A stretch of 64,000 nucleotides of DNA from Betaproteobacteria bacterium (GCA_043744315.1 JAYTUX010000320.1:662-64661), one strand, 5' to 3'. Counted from the first letter of the stretch, positions 18,189 to 27,436 are shown. Program-made: numbers and translations. Notes: generated by a model not told the origin, from the letters alone.

Positions 18189-18917
18189 ATGGAAAACAAC
18201 GTACGCAAAATCAGCAAAGCCCTGTTGGACCTCGCGAGCGTCTCTGACGCGGTGTTGCACACCACATCCAAAGGCCAGGCGGTGCTCGGCAATGCAAAGC
18301 TAGCTAGTGCGCAAAGGAATCTGCTCGAGCGAATCGACGGTTTTCGTTCCATCGATCAGGTGCTCGCCATGTCGGGGGATCTGTTTGCGGTACATGCTGC
18401 TTTAGGCAAACTGATGGCGTTGGGCTTGGTGACCACTGATTACAAAGTCAGCGAATTGGCGGAAGTAGCTGCCGTTGAACCGGCTCGCGCAGCAGCGGTT
18501 GCGGCACCCGTTGCCGCACGTGCGAACGCACCGGTTACGAATGCCAAGCCTGCCACGGTCGCTCCAAAAGCACCCATACCCGTTGCAACACCGAAAGCAG
18601 CTGCCGCCGCACCGGCTGGTGTCGCAAGACCCATCTTTATCGCCGCCCCAGACTCAGACCTTGGCCTTCTGAGCGAGCTCGACAATGCAAAGTTCTTATT
18701 ACTGGAAGAGGCAAAACTCGCGTTAGGCAAAGGCGCGGAAAAACTTCGACCTCGAATTGAGGGTTGCAATTCGATAGAAGAAATATTCGACCTGATTGTC
18801 AAGGTGCAAGAACATCTCACCACATCGGGTAAAGGGGATCCGGAGCTGTTTCTCGATCGACTCACGACCGGGCTCGCGGCGGCAAGAAAGAAAAAGCAGC
18901 CCGTGAAAAAGAGCTAG
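18189..18917 (+). CDS. hypothetical protein, 242 aa, with Ala/Pro/Lys-rich low-complexity linker
   Basis: ATG at 18189 (MENNVRKISKALLDL). The central region APVAARANAPVTNAKPATVAPKAPIPVATPKAAAAAP is followed by a helical C-terminal domain and a basic tail KKKQPVKKS. Confidence 0.45.
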   Translation: MENNVRKISKALLDLASVSDAVLHTTSKGQAVLGNAKLASAQRNLLERIDGFRSIDQVLAMSGDLFAVHAALGKLMALGLVTTDYKVSELAEVAAVEPARAAAVAAPVAARANAPVTNAKPATVAPKAPIPVATPKAAAAAPAGVARPIFIAAPDSDLGLLSELDNAKFLLLEEAKLALGKGAEKLRPRIEGCNSIEEIFDLIVKVQEHLTTSGKGDPELFLDRLTTGLAAARKKKQPVKKS

Positions 18918-18960
18918 TAAGTGCTTGCGTCGGCGAGTTGCTGAACTACATTTCACCCAT

Positions 18961-18995
18961 AAAAAAACGGCGAACCCTGGTTCGCCGTTTTTTTT
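18961..18995. terminator. bidirectional rho-independent terminator (A7 - hairpin - T8)
   Basis: aaaaaaacggcgaaccctggttcgccgtttttttt. It serves the plus-strand 242-aa gene and minus-strand paralogue 3. Confidence 0.75.
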
Positions 18996-19149
18996 AATAA
19001 CGCTGAAACGCCAGTGCTGGTGAGAGTCCATTCGGCCATGTGGCCCGGAATCCCGCTAGCGCTGGAGTCTCAAGCCGTATGTGCCGCACATCAATTGCGT
19101 TTGAGTCATGCCATTCTCCTCGTTGCGATGAAGTGGAATTGCGTATGGA

Positions 19150-19392
19150 TTACTTCGAGGCGACGAGAATGTTGGCGTTGCGTGGCGCAGTGACGAGGAT
19201 CGTTTCCAATTTGACGGTTGCAATGCGCGGGGCAGTGACAAAGATGGTTTCCATTTGCTGCACAGCGGGGCGATCTGCGCGTGCCTCGTTGCTGTTGACC
19301 AATGCACCGACAATTGCAACCGCGGTAACGGCTAGTATTGACAAGGTGGCGATGCTGTCTTTCAGATTGGCTTTGACGTATTCGGTTTTCAT
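19150..19392 (-). CDS. small secreted/anchored peptide with two tandem TonB-box motifs (paralogue 3 of 3, diverged)
   Basis: 80 aa: MKTEYVKANLKDSIATLSILAVTAVAIVGALVNSNEARADRPAVQQMETIFVTAPRIATVKLETILVTAPRNANILVASK. GGAGA Shine-Dalgarno sequence. Confidence 0.6.
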   Translation of the reverse strand: MKTEYVKANLKDSIATLSILAVTAVAIVGALVNSNEARADRPAVQQMETIFVTAPRIATVKLETILVTAPRNANILVASK

Positions 19393-19439
19393 GATGTTCT
19401 CCGGTTGGTTGGATCAGGTACTGCGTTGTTGATGACGCC

Positions 19440-19468
19440 ACTTTATTGACGTGACCACGCAGGCTCAA
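19440..19468 (-). promoter_or_regulatory. sigma70-type promoter of paralogue 3 (-35 TTGAGC, 17 nt, -10 TAAAGT)
   Basis: Same motif and spacing as the other two copies. Confidence 0.45.
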
Positions 19469-19629
19469 ACGAATTGCGATGAAATGGAGAAAACGGCGTG
19501 CGAACGCGTCAAAAGTCGATGTATTTTGTGGCGCGCCGGGTGTGGGATACCGCAAACAAGGTGCTAATCGAGTATGAATTTCGTGGAAGCGCGGCCATTC
19601 TCGTCGTCGAAAGCTGCCGCGCGCCACCG

Positions 19630-19672
19630 CCCAAATGACAAAGGCCCGGAATCCGGGCCTTTGTCATTTGGG
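19630..19672. terminator. perfect 20-bp stem hairpin downstream of the DUF3016 gene
   Basis: cccaaatgacaaaggcccgg aat ccgggcctttgtcatttggg. No clear U-tract. Confidence 0.55.
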
Positions 19673-19697
19673 TTTACGTGATCGTAAGCGATTAGGA

Positions 19698-20198
19698 CTA
19701 GCTGCCACCTTTCGGTGCCGTCAACGTTTTCTTGAACCAGGTATCGAGCATTTGTTTTTCGTAGCGCAAGTTCTCGCCCGAGTTGTAATGGTTGTGACCA
19801 CTAAGATAGGCCATATCGAAAATGCGCTCTTCGCCGCTCTTGAGCGATTTTCCCTGCGATTCTAGGCGGTAGCGCAAGGTGATGGCCGGCCAATCCGCGC
19901 GTCCGCGCAAGATACGCAAGTCTTGAGTCGTGCGATTGGGCTCGATCCGACCGGCGAGGTCAATGTCCAGCACGTCAATCTTGAGTTCCTGCCCGGCGGT
20001 CAAGCCCGACGCGAGCTTGTCGAAGTGTTTTTTCAAATCTTCCATGACGCGCTGCTTGTCGTACGAGTTGAACGGCATGTCGGTGAATTTTTCCGGCTCG
20101 ACAAAATTCACCGTTACGCCGCCGTGGGCGGCCCCGGCCAACAGGCAGGCAGACGTGGCGAGCGCGATGCTAAGAATGAGAGGGGATTTCATGTTCAT
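19698..20198 (-). CDS. DUF3016-like periplasmic protein
   Basis: Signal peptide MNMKSPLILSIALATSACLLAGAAHG. VNFVEPEKFTDMPF...DIDLAGRIEP...ILRGRADWPAITLRY resembles DUF3016 from memory. Confidence 0.5.
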   Translation of the reverse strand: MNMKSPLILSIALATSACLLAGAAHGGVTVNFVEPEKFTDMPFNSYDKQRVMEDLKKHFDKLASGLTAGQELKIDVLDIDLAGRIEPNRTTQDLRILRGRADWPAITLRYRLESQGKSLKSGEERIFDMAYLSGHNHYNSGENLRYEKQMLDTWFKKTLTAPKGGS

Positions 20199-20379
20199 TC
20201 CTTTCTACGGTAATGAATGTAGGCAACGCGGACAATGGATTCATGTTACTCCGTCCGTAGTGATCGTGTATTTTCACGATTACCGTACATTTCGACCTGC
20301 GAACAGTCAAAAAGTTGCCGAATTCCGTTGGCTTGCCGTGGCACAATTGCGCCGACACAAATTACCCGGGGAGAAATTC

Positions 20380-21153
20380 ATGAGCGCACATAAGTTGTTC
20401 GATTTAACTGGCAAAACCGCGCTGATTACCGGCGGCTCGCGGGGGCTAGGATTGCAAATTGCCCACGGCTACGGCTCGATGGGTGCACGGCTCGCGTTGA
20501 CCGCGCGCAAAGCCGACGAACTCGCCGCCGCGCAGGTGGAATTGGGTGCAAAGGGCTACGACGTATTTGTGGCACCGAGTGATCTCTCGAAGCCGGAATC
20601 GATTGCACCGATGGTCGACGCCGTGCTGGCGCGTTTTGGCCGAATCGACATTCTGATGAATAACGCCGGCGCATCGTGGGGCGCGCCCGCCGAAGAACAT
20701 TCGCTGGATGCATGGAACAAAGTACTGAACACCAATCTCACCGGCGCATTTTTGGTGGCGCAACAGGTGGGGGCAAAGAGCATGATCCCAAACAAGGGCG
20801 GCGTCATCATCAATGTGACATCAATTGCCGGATTTCGTGGCCAGCTTGGCCCCATGCAGACCATCGCCTACAACACCAGCAAAGGCGGACTGATCAATTT
20901 CACCAAGGCGCTGGCCGCCGAATGGGCAAAATACGGCATTCGCGTCAATGCGCTGGCACCGGGATTTTTCCCATCGAAAATGAGTGCCGGCGTATTGAAA
21001 GTGATTGACCAGCAAATTCTCGGCATGACACCGATGGCGCGACTGGGCGGTGACGAGGATTTGATGGGCCCGGCTATTTTTCTCGCGTCAGATGCGGCGA
21101 GTTATGTAACGGGCCATATTCTTGCTGTGGATGGCGGCATGATGGCTGTTTAA
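20380..21153 (+). CDS. SDR family oxidoreductase (gluconate-5-dehydrogenase-like)
   Basis: TGGSRGLG cofactor motif and YNTSKGG (YxxxK) active site. ATG at 20380 with GGGGAGA Shine-Dalgarno sequence; the longer track ORF overlaps the DUF3016 gene. Confidence 0.8.
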   Translation: MSAHKLFDLTGKTALITGGSRGLGLQIAHGYGSMGARLALTARKADELAAAQVELGAKGYDVFVAPSDLSKPESIAPMVDAVLARFGRIDILMNNAGASWGAPAEEHSLDAWNKVLNTNLTGAFLVAQQVGAKSMIPNKGGVIINVTSIAGFRGQLGPMQTIAYNTSKGGLINFTKALAAEWAKYGIRVNALAPGFFPSKMSAGVLKVIDQQILGMTPMARLGGDEDLMGPAIFLASDAASYVTGHILAVDGGMMAV

Positions 21154-21267
21154 GTTGTTGAAAAATAAAGTAAAATGCTGTCTGACAGGGTGCGGCAGCC
21201 GAAATTGCGCCCAACGGGGTGAAATGTCATTCATTTAGACCTCCCCAAACAAAATCCGTGATAAAGC

Positions 21268-21297
21268 TTGCGCACTATCCCGAAAACAGTTTAAAAT
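21268..21297 (+). promoter_or_regulatory. candidate spc-operon promoter (TTGCGC-18 nt-TAAAAT, GC-rich discriminator)
   Basis: Sequence match only. It would give a leader of about 235 nt before rplN. Confidence 0.3.
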
Positions 21298-21534
21298 CGC
21301 GCTCTTTGCTGCTTCAGCCGTGGCTTCGTCGGCTGCAAGTCTGCTACAAAACGCCTAGCAATTTACCGCAACGCGCACTGCCCGATCGTCGGCCGAAGCC
21401 GATGTTCAAGCGACCGGACAAAAAGAAGTTTTCTAACCTGTCGGCCATGCTCTTTCGGGGTGTGGGCGTCATAAGACGGATCCAAGACTGGCTGTTTCCA
21501 CGATGGTGGTTGCGGCACAAGTTGGAGAAAAAAA

Positions 21535-21903
21535 ATGATTCAGATGCAGTCGATTCTCGACGTCGCCGATAACACCGGCGCGCGTTCAGTGATGTGTATC
21601 AAAGTCCTTGGTGGATCCAAGCGCCGCTATGCGGGCATTGGTGATGTCATCAAGGTCAGCATTAAATCCGCGCAGCCTCGTGGCCGCGTGAAAAAGGGCG
21701 AAGTCTATAACGCCGTGGTGGTTCGTACTGCCAAGGGCGTGCGCCGTAATGATGGTTCGCTGATCAAGTTCGACGGCAATGCCGCCGTGCTGCTGAATGC
21801 GAAGCTGGAGCCAATTGGCACCCGTATCTTTGGGCCGGTTACGCGTGAATTGCGTAACGAGCGCTTCATGAAGATCGTGTCGCTGGCACCGGAAGTATTG
21901 TAA
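21535..21903 (+). CDS. rplN: 50S ribosomal protein L14
   Basis: [27 protein letters not shown]...; conserved spc operon order. Confidence 0.97.
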   Translation: MIQMQSILDVADNTGARSVMCIKVLGGSKRRYAGIGDVIKVSIKSAQPRGRVKKGEVYNAVVVRTAKGVRRNDGSLIKFDGNAAVLLNAKLEPIGTRIFGPVTRELRNERFMKIVSLAPEVL

Positions 21904-21910
21904 GGAGCCG

Positions 21911-22234
21911 ATGATGAGCAAGATTCGTAAAGGCGATCAGGTCGTCGTCCTCACGGGCAAAGACAAGGGCAAGCGCGGCACGGTATTGCGCGTGGTTCCT
22001 GATGTCGAGCGCGCAGTGGTGGAAGGCGTCAATCGCGTCAAAAAACATACCAAGCCGAACCCGATGAAGGGTTTGACCGGCGGGATCGTCGAGAAAGAAA
22101 TGTCGATCCATCTTTCAAATATCGCCATTTTCAATCCGGCCACCAGTAAAGCGGATCGCGTCGGATTCAAAACCCTGGACGACAAACGCAAAGTGCGCGT
22201 TTTTCGTTCCAACGGTGAAGTTGTCGACGCGTAA
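21911..22234 (+). CDS. rplX: 50S ribosomal protein L24
   Basis: [24 protein letters not shown]. The second ATG at 21914 has better Shine-Dalgarno spacing. Confidence 0.95.
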   Translation: MMSKIRKGDQVVVLTGKDKGKRGTVLRVVPDVERAVVEGVNRVKKHTKPNPMKGLTGGIVEKEMSIHLSNIAIFNPATSKADRVGFKTLDDKRKVRVFRSNGEVVDA

Positions 22235-22243
22235 GGATCAAAC

Positions 22244-22783
22244 ATGACTCGACTGCAAACACATTACAAAGACGTGGTGGCGCCGGCGCTGATGAAGCAA
22301 TTCGGCTACAAATCCACCATGCAAGTGCCGCGTATTTCAAAGATCACGCTGAACATGGGCGTGGGCGAAGCTGTGGCCGACAAGAAGATCATGGAACACG
22401 CCGTGGGCGACATGAAAAAAATCGCTGGACAAAAGCCGGTGGTTACCCTGTCGAAGAAATCGATCGCCGGATTCAAGATTCGCGACGGTTACCCGATCGG
22501 TTGCATGGTCACGCTGCGTTCCAATCGTATGTATGAATTCCTAGACCGCCTGATCACGGTTTCGCTGCCGCGCGTGCGCGACTTCCGCGGAATTTCCGGG
22601 CGCTCTTTCGATGGCCGTGGCAATTACAACATGGGCATCAAGGAACAAATCATTTTTCCGGAAATCGAGTACGACAAAATCGATGCAGTACGCGGCATGA
22701 ACATCTCGATTACCACCACCGCCAAAACGGACGCGGAAGCCAAAGCGTTACTGGCTGCGTTCAAATTCCCGTTCCGAGGCTAA
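22244..22783 (+). CDS. rplE: 50S ribosomal protein L5
   Basis: [43 protein letters not shown]. Confidence 0.97.
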   Translation: MTRLQTHYKDVVAPALMKQFGYKSTMQVPRISKITLNMGVGEAVADKKIMEHAVGDMKKIAGQKPVVTLSKKSIAGFKIRDGYPIGCMVTLRSNRMYEFLDRLITVSLPRVRDFRGISGRSFDGRGNYNMGIKEQIIFPEIEYDKIDAVRGMNISITTTAKTDAEAKALLAAFKFPFRG

Positions 22784-22792
22784 AGACACGTC

Positions 22793-23098
22793 ATGGCTAA
22801 ACTCGCTCTCATCAATCGGCAGGACAAACGCGAAAAGCTGGTGAAGAAGTTCGCACCGAAACGCGCTGCGCTCGTGAAGATAATCAATGACCAAAGCATC
22901 CCGGAAGAAGACCGCTTCCAGGCGCGTTTGAAACTGCAGGCACTGCCGCGCAATGCCAACCCAACGCGCCTTCGCAACCGCTGCGCGCTGACGGGTCGTC
23001 CCCGCGGTGTGTATAGCAAATTCGGCCTGGGCCGCAACAAATTGCGTGAAATCGCTATGCGCGGCGAAGTGCCGGGCCTGGTGAAAGCAAGCTGGTAA
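22793..23098 (+). CDS. rpsN: 30S ribosomal protein S14
   Basis: [20 protein letters not shown]...[26 protein letters not shown]...KASW. Confidence 0.97.
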   Translation: MAKLALINRQDKREKLVKKFAPKRAALVKIINDQSIPEEDRFQARLKLQALPRNANPTRLRNRCALTGRPRGVYSKFGLGRNKLREIAMRGEVPGLVKASW

Positions 23099-23122
23099 CC
23101 GGAAAGCGCACGGAGACAAATT

Positions 23123-23518
23123 ATGAGTATGAGTGATCCGATCGCCGATATGCTGACTCGCATTCGCAATGCGCAGCAGTCGGAAAAGGTCGATGTGACG
23201 ATGCCCGCTTCGAAAGTGAAGTCGGCCATTGCAAAAGTGCTGAAGGACGAAGGCTACATTGAAGACTTCGCGATTCGCACCATCGAAGGTAAAAACGAGC
23301 TGAACGTGAGCCTAAAGTATTACGCAGGCAAGCCGGTCATCGAGAAGATCGAGCGCATCTCGCGCCCCGGCCTTCGCGTTTACCGTGGACGTGAAGATAT
23401 TAAACCCGTCATGAACGGCTTGGGGGTGGCAATAGTGTCCACTTCCCAAGGCGTGATGACCGATCGCAAAGCGCGTGCTACCGGTGTCGGTGGCGAAGTG
23501 CTCTGCATCGTTGTTTAG
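23123..23518 (+). CDS. rpsH: 30S ribosomal protein S8
   Basis: [19 protein letters not shown]... Confidence 0.97.
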   Translation: MSMSDPIADMLTRIRNAQQSEKVDVTMPASKVKSAIAKVLKDEGYIEDFAIRTIEGKNELNVSLKYYAGKPVIEKIERISRPGLRVYRGREDIKPVMNGLGVAIVSTSQGVMTDRKARATGVGGEVLCIVV

Positions 23519-23530
23519 GGAGCGACGCAA

Positions 23531-24064
23531 ATGTCACGCGTAGGTAAGCTCCCCATCACCGTTCCGGCTAAAGTGGAAATCACGCTGGCCGCAAACGAGA
23601 TCACGGTAAAAGGCCCGCTCGGCACGTTGAAACAAGCGTCCTCCCGCGATGTCACCGTCAAGAAAGACGGCGACAAAATCGTATTTGAAGCCGTTGGCAC
23701 CAGCAAGCAAGCCAACGCCATGTCCGGCACGATGCGTGCCTTGGTCGCTAACATGGTGACCGGCGTCGAAAAAGGATTTGAACGCAAGTTGTCGCTTGTC
23801 GGCGTGGGCTACAAAGCCGCGGCGCAAGGCAACAAGCTGAATTTGACACTCGGTTTCTCGCACCCGATCGTGCATTCAATGCCTGAAGGCGTGAAGTGCG
23901 AGACTCCGGTCCCCACCGAGATTCTGATCAAAGGTATCGACCGCCAGAAGGTGGGCCAGGTCGCAGCCATCGTCCGCGGTTATCGTCCGCCCGAGCCTTA
24001 CAAAGGCAAGGGTGTACGTTATTCCGACGAGAAGATCACCCTCAAAGAAACGAAGAAGAAGTAA
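23531..24064 (+). CDS. rplF: 50S ribosomal protein L6
   Basis: [31 protein letters not shown]. Confidence 0.97.
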   Translation: MSRVGKLPITVPAKVEITLAANEITVKGPLGTLKQASSRDVTVKKDGDKIVFEAVGTSKQANAMSGTMRALVANMVTGVEKGFERKLSLVGVGYKAAAQGNKLNLTLGFSHPIVHSMPEGVKCETPVPTEILIKGIDRQKVGQVAAIVRGYRPPEPYKGKGVRYSDEKITLKETKKK

Positions 24065-24075
24065 GCGAGGCCATC

Positions 24076-24432
24076 ATGATCGACAAGAAAATTTCCCGTC
24101 TGCGTCGCGCCGCGAAAACCCGCGCCACGATTTCCAGGTTGAAAGCGGTTCGCATGACCGTGCATCGCACCAATACGCACATCTATGCGCAGATCCTCGA
24201 CGCCACTGGCGCCAAGGTATTGGCGGCGGCGTCGACGGCCGAAAAAGAAGTGCGCGGCCAGGTCAAGAGCGGCTCCAGCAAGGATGCGGCCGTGTTAGTC
24301 GGCAAGCGGATCGCCGCGCGCGCGAAAGCGGCTGGCGTGTCCACGGTGGCATTTGACCGTTCCGGGTTTGCGTACCATGGCCGCGTCAAAGCGCTGGCCG
24401 ATGCGGCGCGCGAAGCCGGTCTCACGTTCTAA
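24076..24432 (+). CDS. rplR: 50S ribosomal protein L18
   Basis: ATG at 24076: [22 protein letters not shown]...[13 protein letters not shown]. The track ORF start lies inside rplF. Confidence 0.95.
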   Translation: MIDKKISRLRRAAKTRATISRLKAVRMTVHRTNTHIYAQILDATGAKVLAAASTAEKEVRGQVKSGSSKDAAVLVGKRIAARAKAAGVSTVAFDRSGFAYHGRVKALADAAREAGLTF

Positions 24433-24466
24433 GCCGGCCCGACGTCTTAATTAAGGATTCGAAAAA

Positions 24467-24976
24467 ATGGCAAGAAACGATCAGCACGAAGACAAAGGCG
24501 ACGGCCTCCGCGAGAAGATGATCTCGGTAAACCGCGTCACCAAAGTGGTGAAGGGCGGACGCATCTTGGGATTCGCCGCGTTGACCGTGGTTGGCGATGG
24601 CGATGGCTCCATCGGCATGGGCAAAGGCAAGTCGCGCGAGGTACCAGTTGCGGTGCAAAAGGCGATGGAAATGGCCCGCCGCCGCCTTGTAAAGATTCCT
24701 CTCAAGAATGGCACGTTGCATCACACTGTGATCGGCCAGCACGGCGCGACTCGCGTGTTCATGCAGCCGGCGGCTGAAGGTAACGGTATCAAGGCCGGCG
24801 GCGCAATGCGCGCGGTGTTCGAAGTCATGGGCATCACCAATGTTTCCGCCAAGTGTCACGGCTCCACCAACCCGTACAACGTGGTTCGCGCCACGCTGGA
24901 TGGATTGCTGCAAATCAGCCGTCCCTCGGAAATCGCCGCCAAACGCGGCAAGACCGTCGAAGAAATTCTCGGTTAA
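24467..24976 (+). CDS. rpsE: 30S ribosomal protein S5
   Basis: [47 protein letters not shown]. Confidence 0.97.
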   Translation: MARNDQHEDKGDGLREKMISVNRVTKVVKGGRILGFAALTVVGDGDGSIGMGKGKSREVPVAVQKAMEMARRRLVKIPLKNGTLHHTVIGQHGATRVFMQPAAEGNGIKAGGAMRAVFEVMGITNVSAKCHGSTNPYNVVRATLDGLLQISRPSEIAAKRGKTVEEILG

Positions 24977-25009
24977 TCGAAAGCTTCAAGAGAACATCGA
25001 GACAACAAC

Positions 25010-25195
25010 ATGGCTACGCAAAAAACCATCACCGTCACATTGGTCAAGAGCACGATCGGTCGCCTTGAGGCGCACAAAGCGTGTGTTCGCGGCCTGGGCT
25101 TGAAAAAGCCGCATCAGACCGTCACTGTCATTGATACGCCCGATAACCGCGGCATGATCAACAAAGTGAGCTACATGCTCCGCGTTGAAGCCTAA
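25010..25195 (+). CDS. rpmD: 50S ribosomal protein L30
   Basis: [33 protein letters not shown]. Confidence 0.95.
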   Translation: MATQKTITVTLVKSTIGRLEAHKACVRGLGLKKPHQTVTVIDTPDNRGMINKVSYMLRVEA

Positions 25196-25222
25196 GTTCG
25201 GGAAGCGAAAGCGAAGAACATC

Positions 25223-25690
25223 ATGGAATTGAATACAATCAAGCCCGCTGAGGGCTCCAAGAAAAATCGCCGTCGCGTAGGTCGCGGTATCGGCTCCGGC
25301 TTGGGCAAAACCGCCGGTCGTGGCCATAAAGGGCAGAAATCCCGCTCGGGTGGTTTTCATAAAGTCGGTTTTGAAGGCGGCCAAATGCCGTTGCAACGTC
25401 GCCTGCCGAAGCGTGGCTTTATTTCCCTAACCCGTGACGATACCGCGCAAGTGCGTTTGTCTGAAATCGCGAAAATGCCGGTCGATGTTATCGATTTGGC
25501 TGCATTGAAGCAGGCGGGCTTTGTTCCACACGCCGCTTTGATGGCGAAGGTGATTTTGTCCGGAAAGCTCGACAAAAAAGTGAAGCTGATTGGCATCGCT
25601 GCGACCAAGGGCGCGAAAGCAGCTATCGAAGCGGTCGGCGGCTCATTTGAAGCGCTTCCGACCAAAGCTGCTGCCGTAGCGGCGGCATAA
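25223..25690 (+). CDS. rplO: 50S ribosomal protein L15
   Basis: [44 protein letters not shown]. Confidence 0.97.
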   Translation: MELNTIKPAEGSKKNRRRVGRGIGSGLGKTAGRGHKGQKSRSGGFHKVGFEGGQMPLQRRLPKRGFISLTRDDTAQVRLSEIAKMPVDVIDLAALKQAGFVPHAALMAKVILSGKLDKKVKLIGIAATKGAKAAIEAVGGSFEALPTKAAAVAAA

Positions 25691-25734
25691 GCAAGAATCA
25701 ACTGTAGATACCCAAGAATAAACGAGACAACGCG

Positions 25735-27054
25735 TTGGCTTCCAATCCTTTAGCGGCAATGGGCAAAATGAGCGACCTGAAACGCCGACTGGTGTTTCTG
25801 GTGTTGGCGCTCATCGTCTTCCGCATTGGCACGCATATCCCCGTTCCGGGCATCAATCCGGTGGAGATGGCCAAGCTGTTCGATACGCAAGGCGGCGGCA
25901 TCCTTGGTATGTTCAACATGTTCTCGGGCGGCGCGCTGTCGCGTTTTTCGGTGTTTGCGCTCGGCATCATGCCTTACATTTCCGCGTCCATCATCATGCA
26001 ATTGCTGACGGTCGTTTACGCACCGTTGGAAGCGATCAAGAAAGAAGGCGAAGCCGGGCGCCGCAGAATTACCCAGTACACGCGCTATGGCACGGTCGCA
26101 TTGGCGTTGTTCCAGGGCGTCGGTATTTCGATTGCATTGGAATCGCAACCCGGCCTGGTGATCGATGCCGGTATGGCGTTTCGATTGACCACGGTGCTCA
26201 CACTCGTCAGTGGCACGATGTTTCTGATGTGGCTGGGCGAGCAGATCACCGAGCGCGGTGTCGGCAACGGGATTTCGCTGATTATTTTTGCCGGCATTGT
26301 CGCGGGACTTCCTTCGGCGATCGGCGGTACGCTGGAATTGGCTCGTACGGGTGCGATGTCGATCCCGGTGGTGTTGGGAATCGTGATTCTGGTGGTTGGC
26401 GTGACATTTCTGGTGGTGTATGTCGAACGCGGACAACGGAAGATTCTAGTCAATTACGCTAAGCGCCAAGTCGGCAACAAATTGTATGGTGGTCAGTCTT
26501 CGCACTTGCCGTTGAAACTCAATATGTCCGGTGTGATCCCGCCGATTTTTGCGTCCTCGATCATCCTGTTTCCTGCAACGGCAGCGGGTTGGTTCGGACA
26601 AAACGACAGCATGACGTGGTTGAAGGATATCGGTGCGGCGTTATCTCCAGGTCAGCCGCTTTACACAATTTTGTACGCGGCTGCGATTATCTTTTTCTGC
26701 TTTTTCTATACCGCGCTGGTATTCAATTCCAAGGAAACTGCGGATAACCTGAAGAAAAGCGGCGCGTTTGTTCCGGGAATTCGTCCTGGCGAACAGACTG
26801 CGCGCTACATCGACAAGATTTTGATGCGCTTGACGTTGACCGGTGCGGTCTACATCACACTGGTGTGTTTGTTGCCTGAGTTTTTGCGTCTGCAATACAA
26901 CGTGCCGTTTTATTTCGGTGGAACGTCACTGCTCATCATCGTCGTCACCACCATGGATTTCATGGCGCAGTTGCAGGCCTACATGATGTCGCATCAATAC
27001 GAAGGTTTGCTAAAGAAGGCCAATTTCAAGGGCGGCGGATTTTCCGCACGCTAG
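25735..27054 (+). CDS. secY: preprotein translocase subunit SecY
   Basis: [29 protein letters not shown] and 10-TM architecture. TTG start at 25735; ATG 25759 is an alternative. Confidence 0.95.
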   Translation: MASNPLAAMGKMSDLKRRLVFLVLALIVFRIGTHIPVPGINPVEMAKLFDTQGGGILGMFNMFSGGALSRFSVFALGIMPYISASIIMQLLTVVYAPLEAIKKEGEAGRRRITQYTRYGTVALALFQGVGISIALESQPGLVIDAGMAFRLTTVLTLVSGTMFLMWLGEQITERGVGNGISLIIFAGIVAGLPSAIGGTLELARTGAMSIPVVLGIVILVVGVTFLVVYVERGQRKILVNYAKRQVGNKLYGGQSSHLPLKLNMSGVIPPIFASSIILFPATAAGWFGQNDSMTWLKDIGAALSPGQPLYTILYAAAIIFFCFFYTALVFNSKETADNLKKSGAFVPGIRPGEQTARYIDKILMRLTLTGAVYITLVCLLPEFLRLQYNVPFYFGGTSLLIIVVTTMDFMAQLQAYMMSHQYEGLLKKANFKGGGFSAR

Positions 27055-27077
27055 GCCGAACGGATTATTGAGGGTTA

Positions 27078-27296
27078 ATGGCGAAAGAAGAAACGATCCA
27101 GATGCAGGGGGAAATTGTTGAAACACTTCCCAATGCAATGTTCCGGGTGAAATTGGAGAACGGCCACATTGTTTTAGGCCATATCTCCGGAAAAATGCGG
27201 ATGCACTACATCCGTATCCTCCCCGGTGACAAAGTGACCGTAGAACTGACGCCCTACGATTTAACAAAAGCAAGAATTACCTTCCGCGCCAAGTAA
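27078..27296 (+). CDS. infA: translation initiation factor IF-1
   Basis: [72 protein letters not shown]. Confidence 0.97.
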   Translation: MAKEETIQMQGEIVETLPNAMFRVKLENGHIVLGHISGKMRMHYIRILPGDKVTVELTPYDLTKARITFRAK

Positions 27297-27322
27297 ACGC
27301 GGGAAACTCAGGAGCAAAGAAA

Positions 27323-27436
27323 ATGCGTGTTCAAGCATCGGTAAAAAAAATCTGTCGCAACTGCAAGCTGGTTCGACGCAAGGGCGTTCTGCGCGTGATT
27401 TGCACCGACAAGCGCCATAAGCAGCGCCAAGGTTAA
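27323..27436 (+). CDS. rpmJ: 50S ribosomal protein L36 (below the ORF-track length cutoff)
   Basis: Hand translation: [37 protein letters not shown], stop TAA 27434-27436. AGGAG Shine-Dalgarno sequence at 27310-27314. Confidence 0.93.
   Translation: MRVQASVKKICRNCKLVRRKGVLRVICTDKRHKQRQG

Noticed and set aside
18480-18650. The 242-aa protein as a TonB homologue, because of its Pro/Lys/Ala-rich spacer.
   Set aside because: It has no N-terminal transmembrane anchor, and its C-terminal domain is predicted helical without the TonB C-terminal YP/beta-sheet features. The resemblance is limited to low-complexity composition.
14104-19392. The small TonB-box ORFs as debris of truncated TonB-dependent receptor genes.
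   Set aside because: This is considered unlikely. There are three intact copies, each with its own promoter, Shine-Dalgarno sequence, stop and terminator. The TonB box is duplicated in tandem in every copy. No plug-like sequence follows in any frame. The idea still needs a database check and is listed as the refutation criterion.
21219-21572. 117-aa plus-strand ORF spanning the rplN leader and running into rplN.
   Set aside because: It is out of frame with rplN and has no Shine-Dalgarno sequence. Its basic, low-complexity translation is better explained as a non-coding leader.
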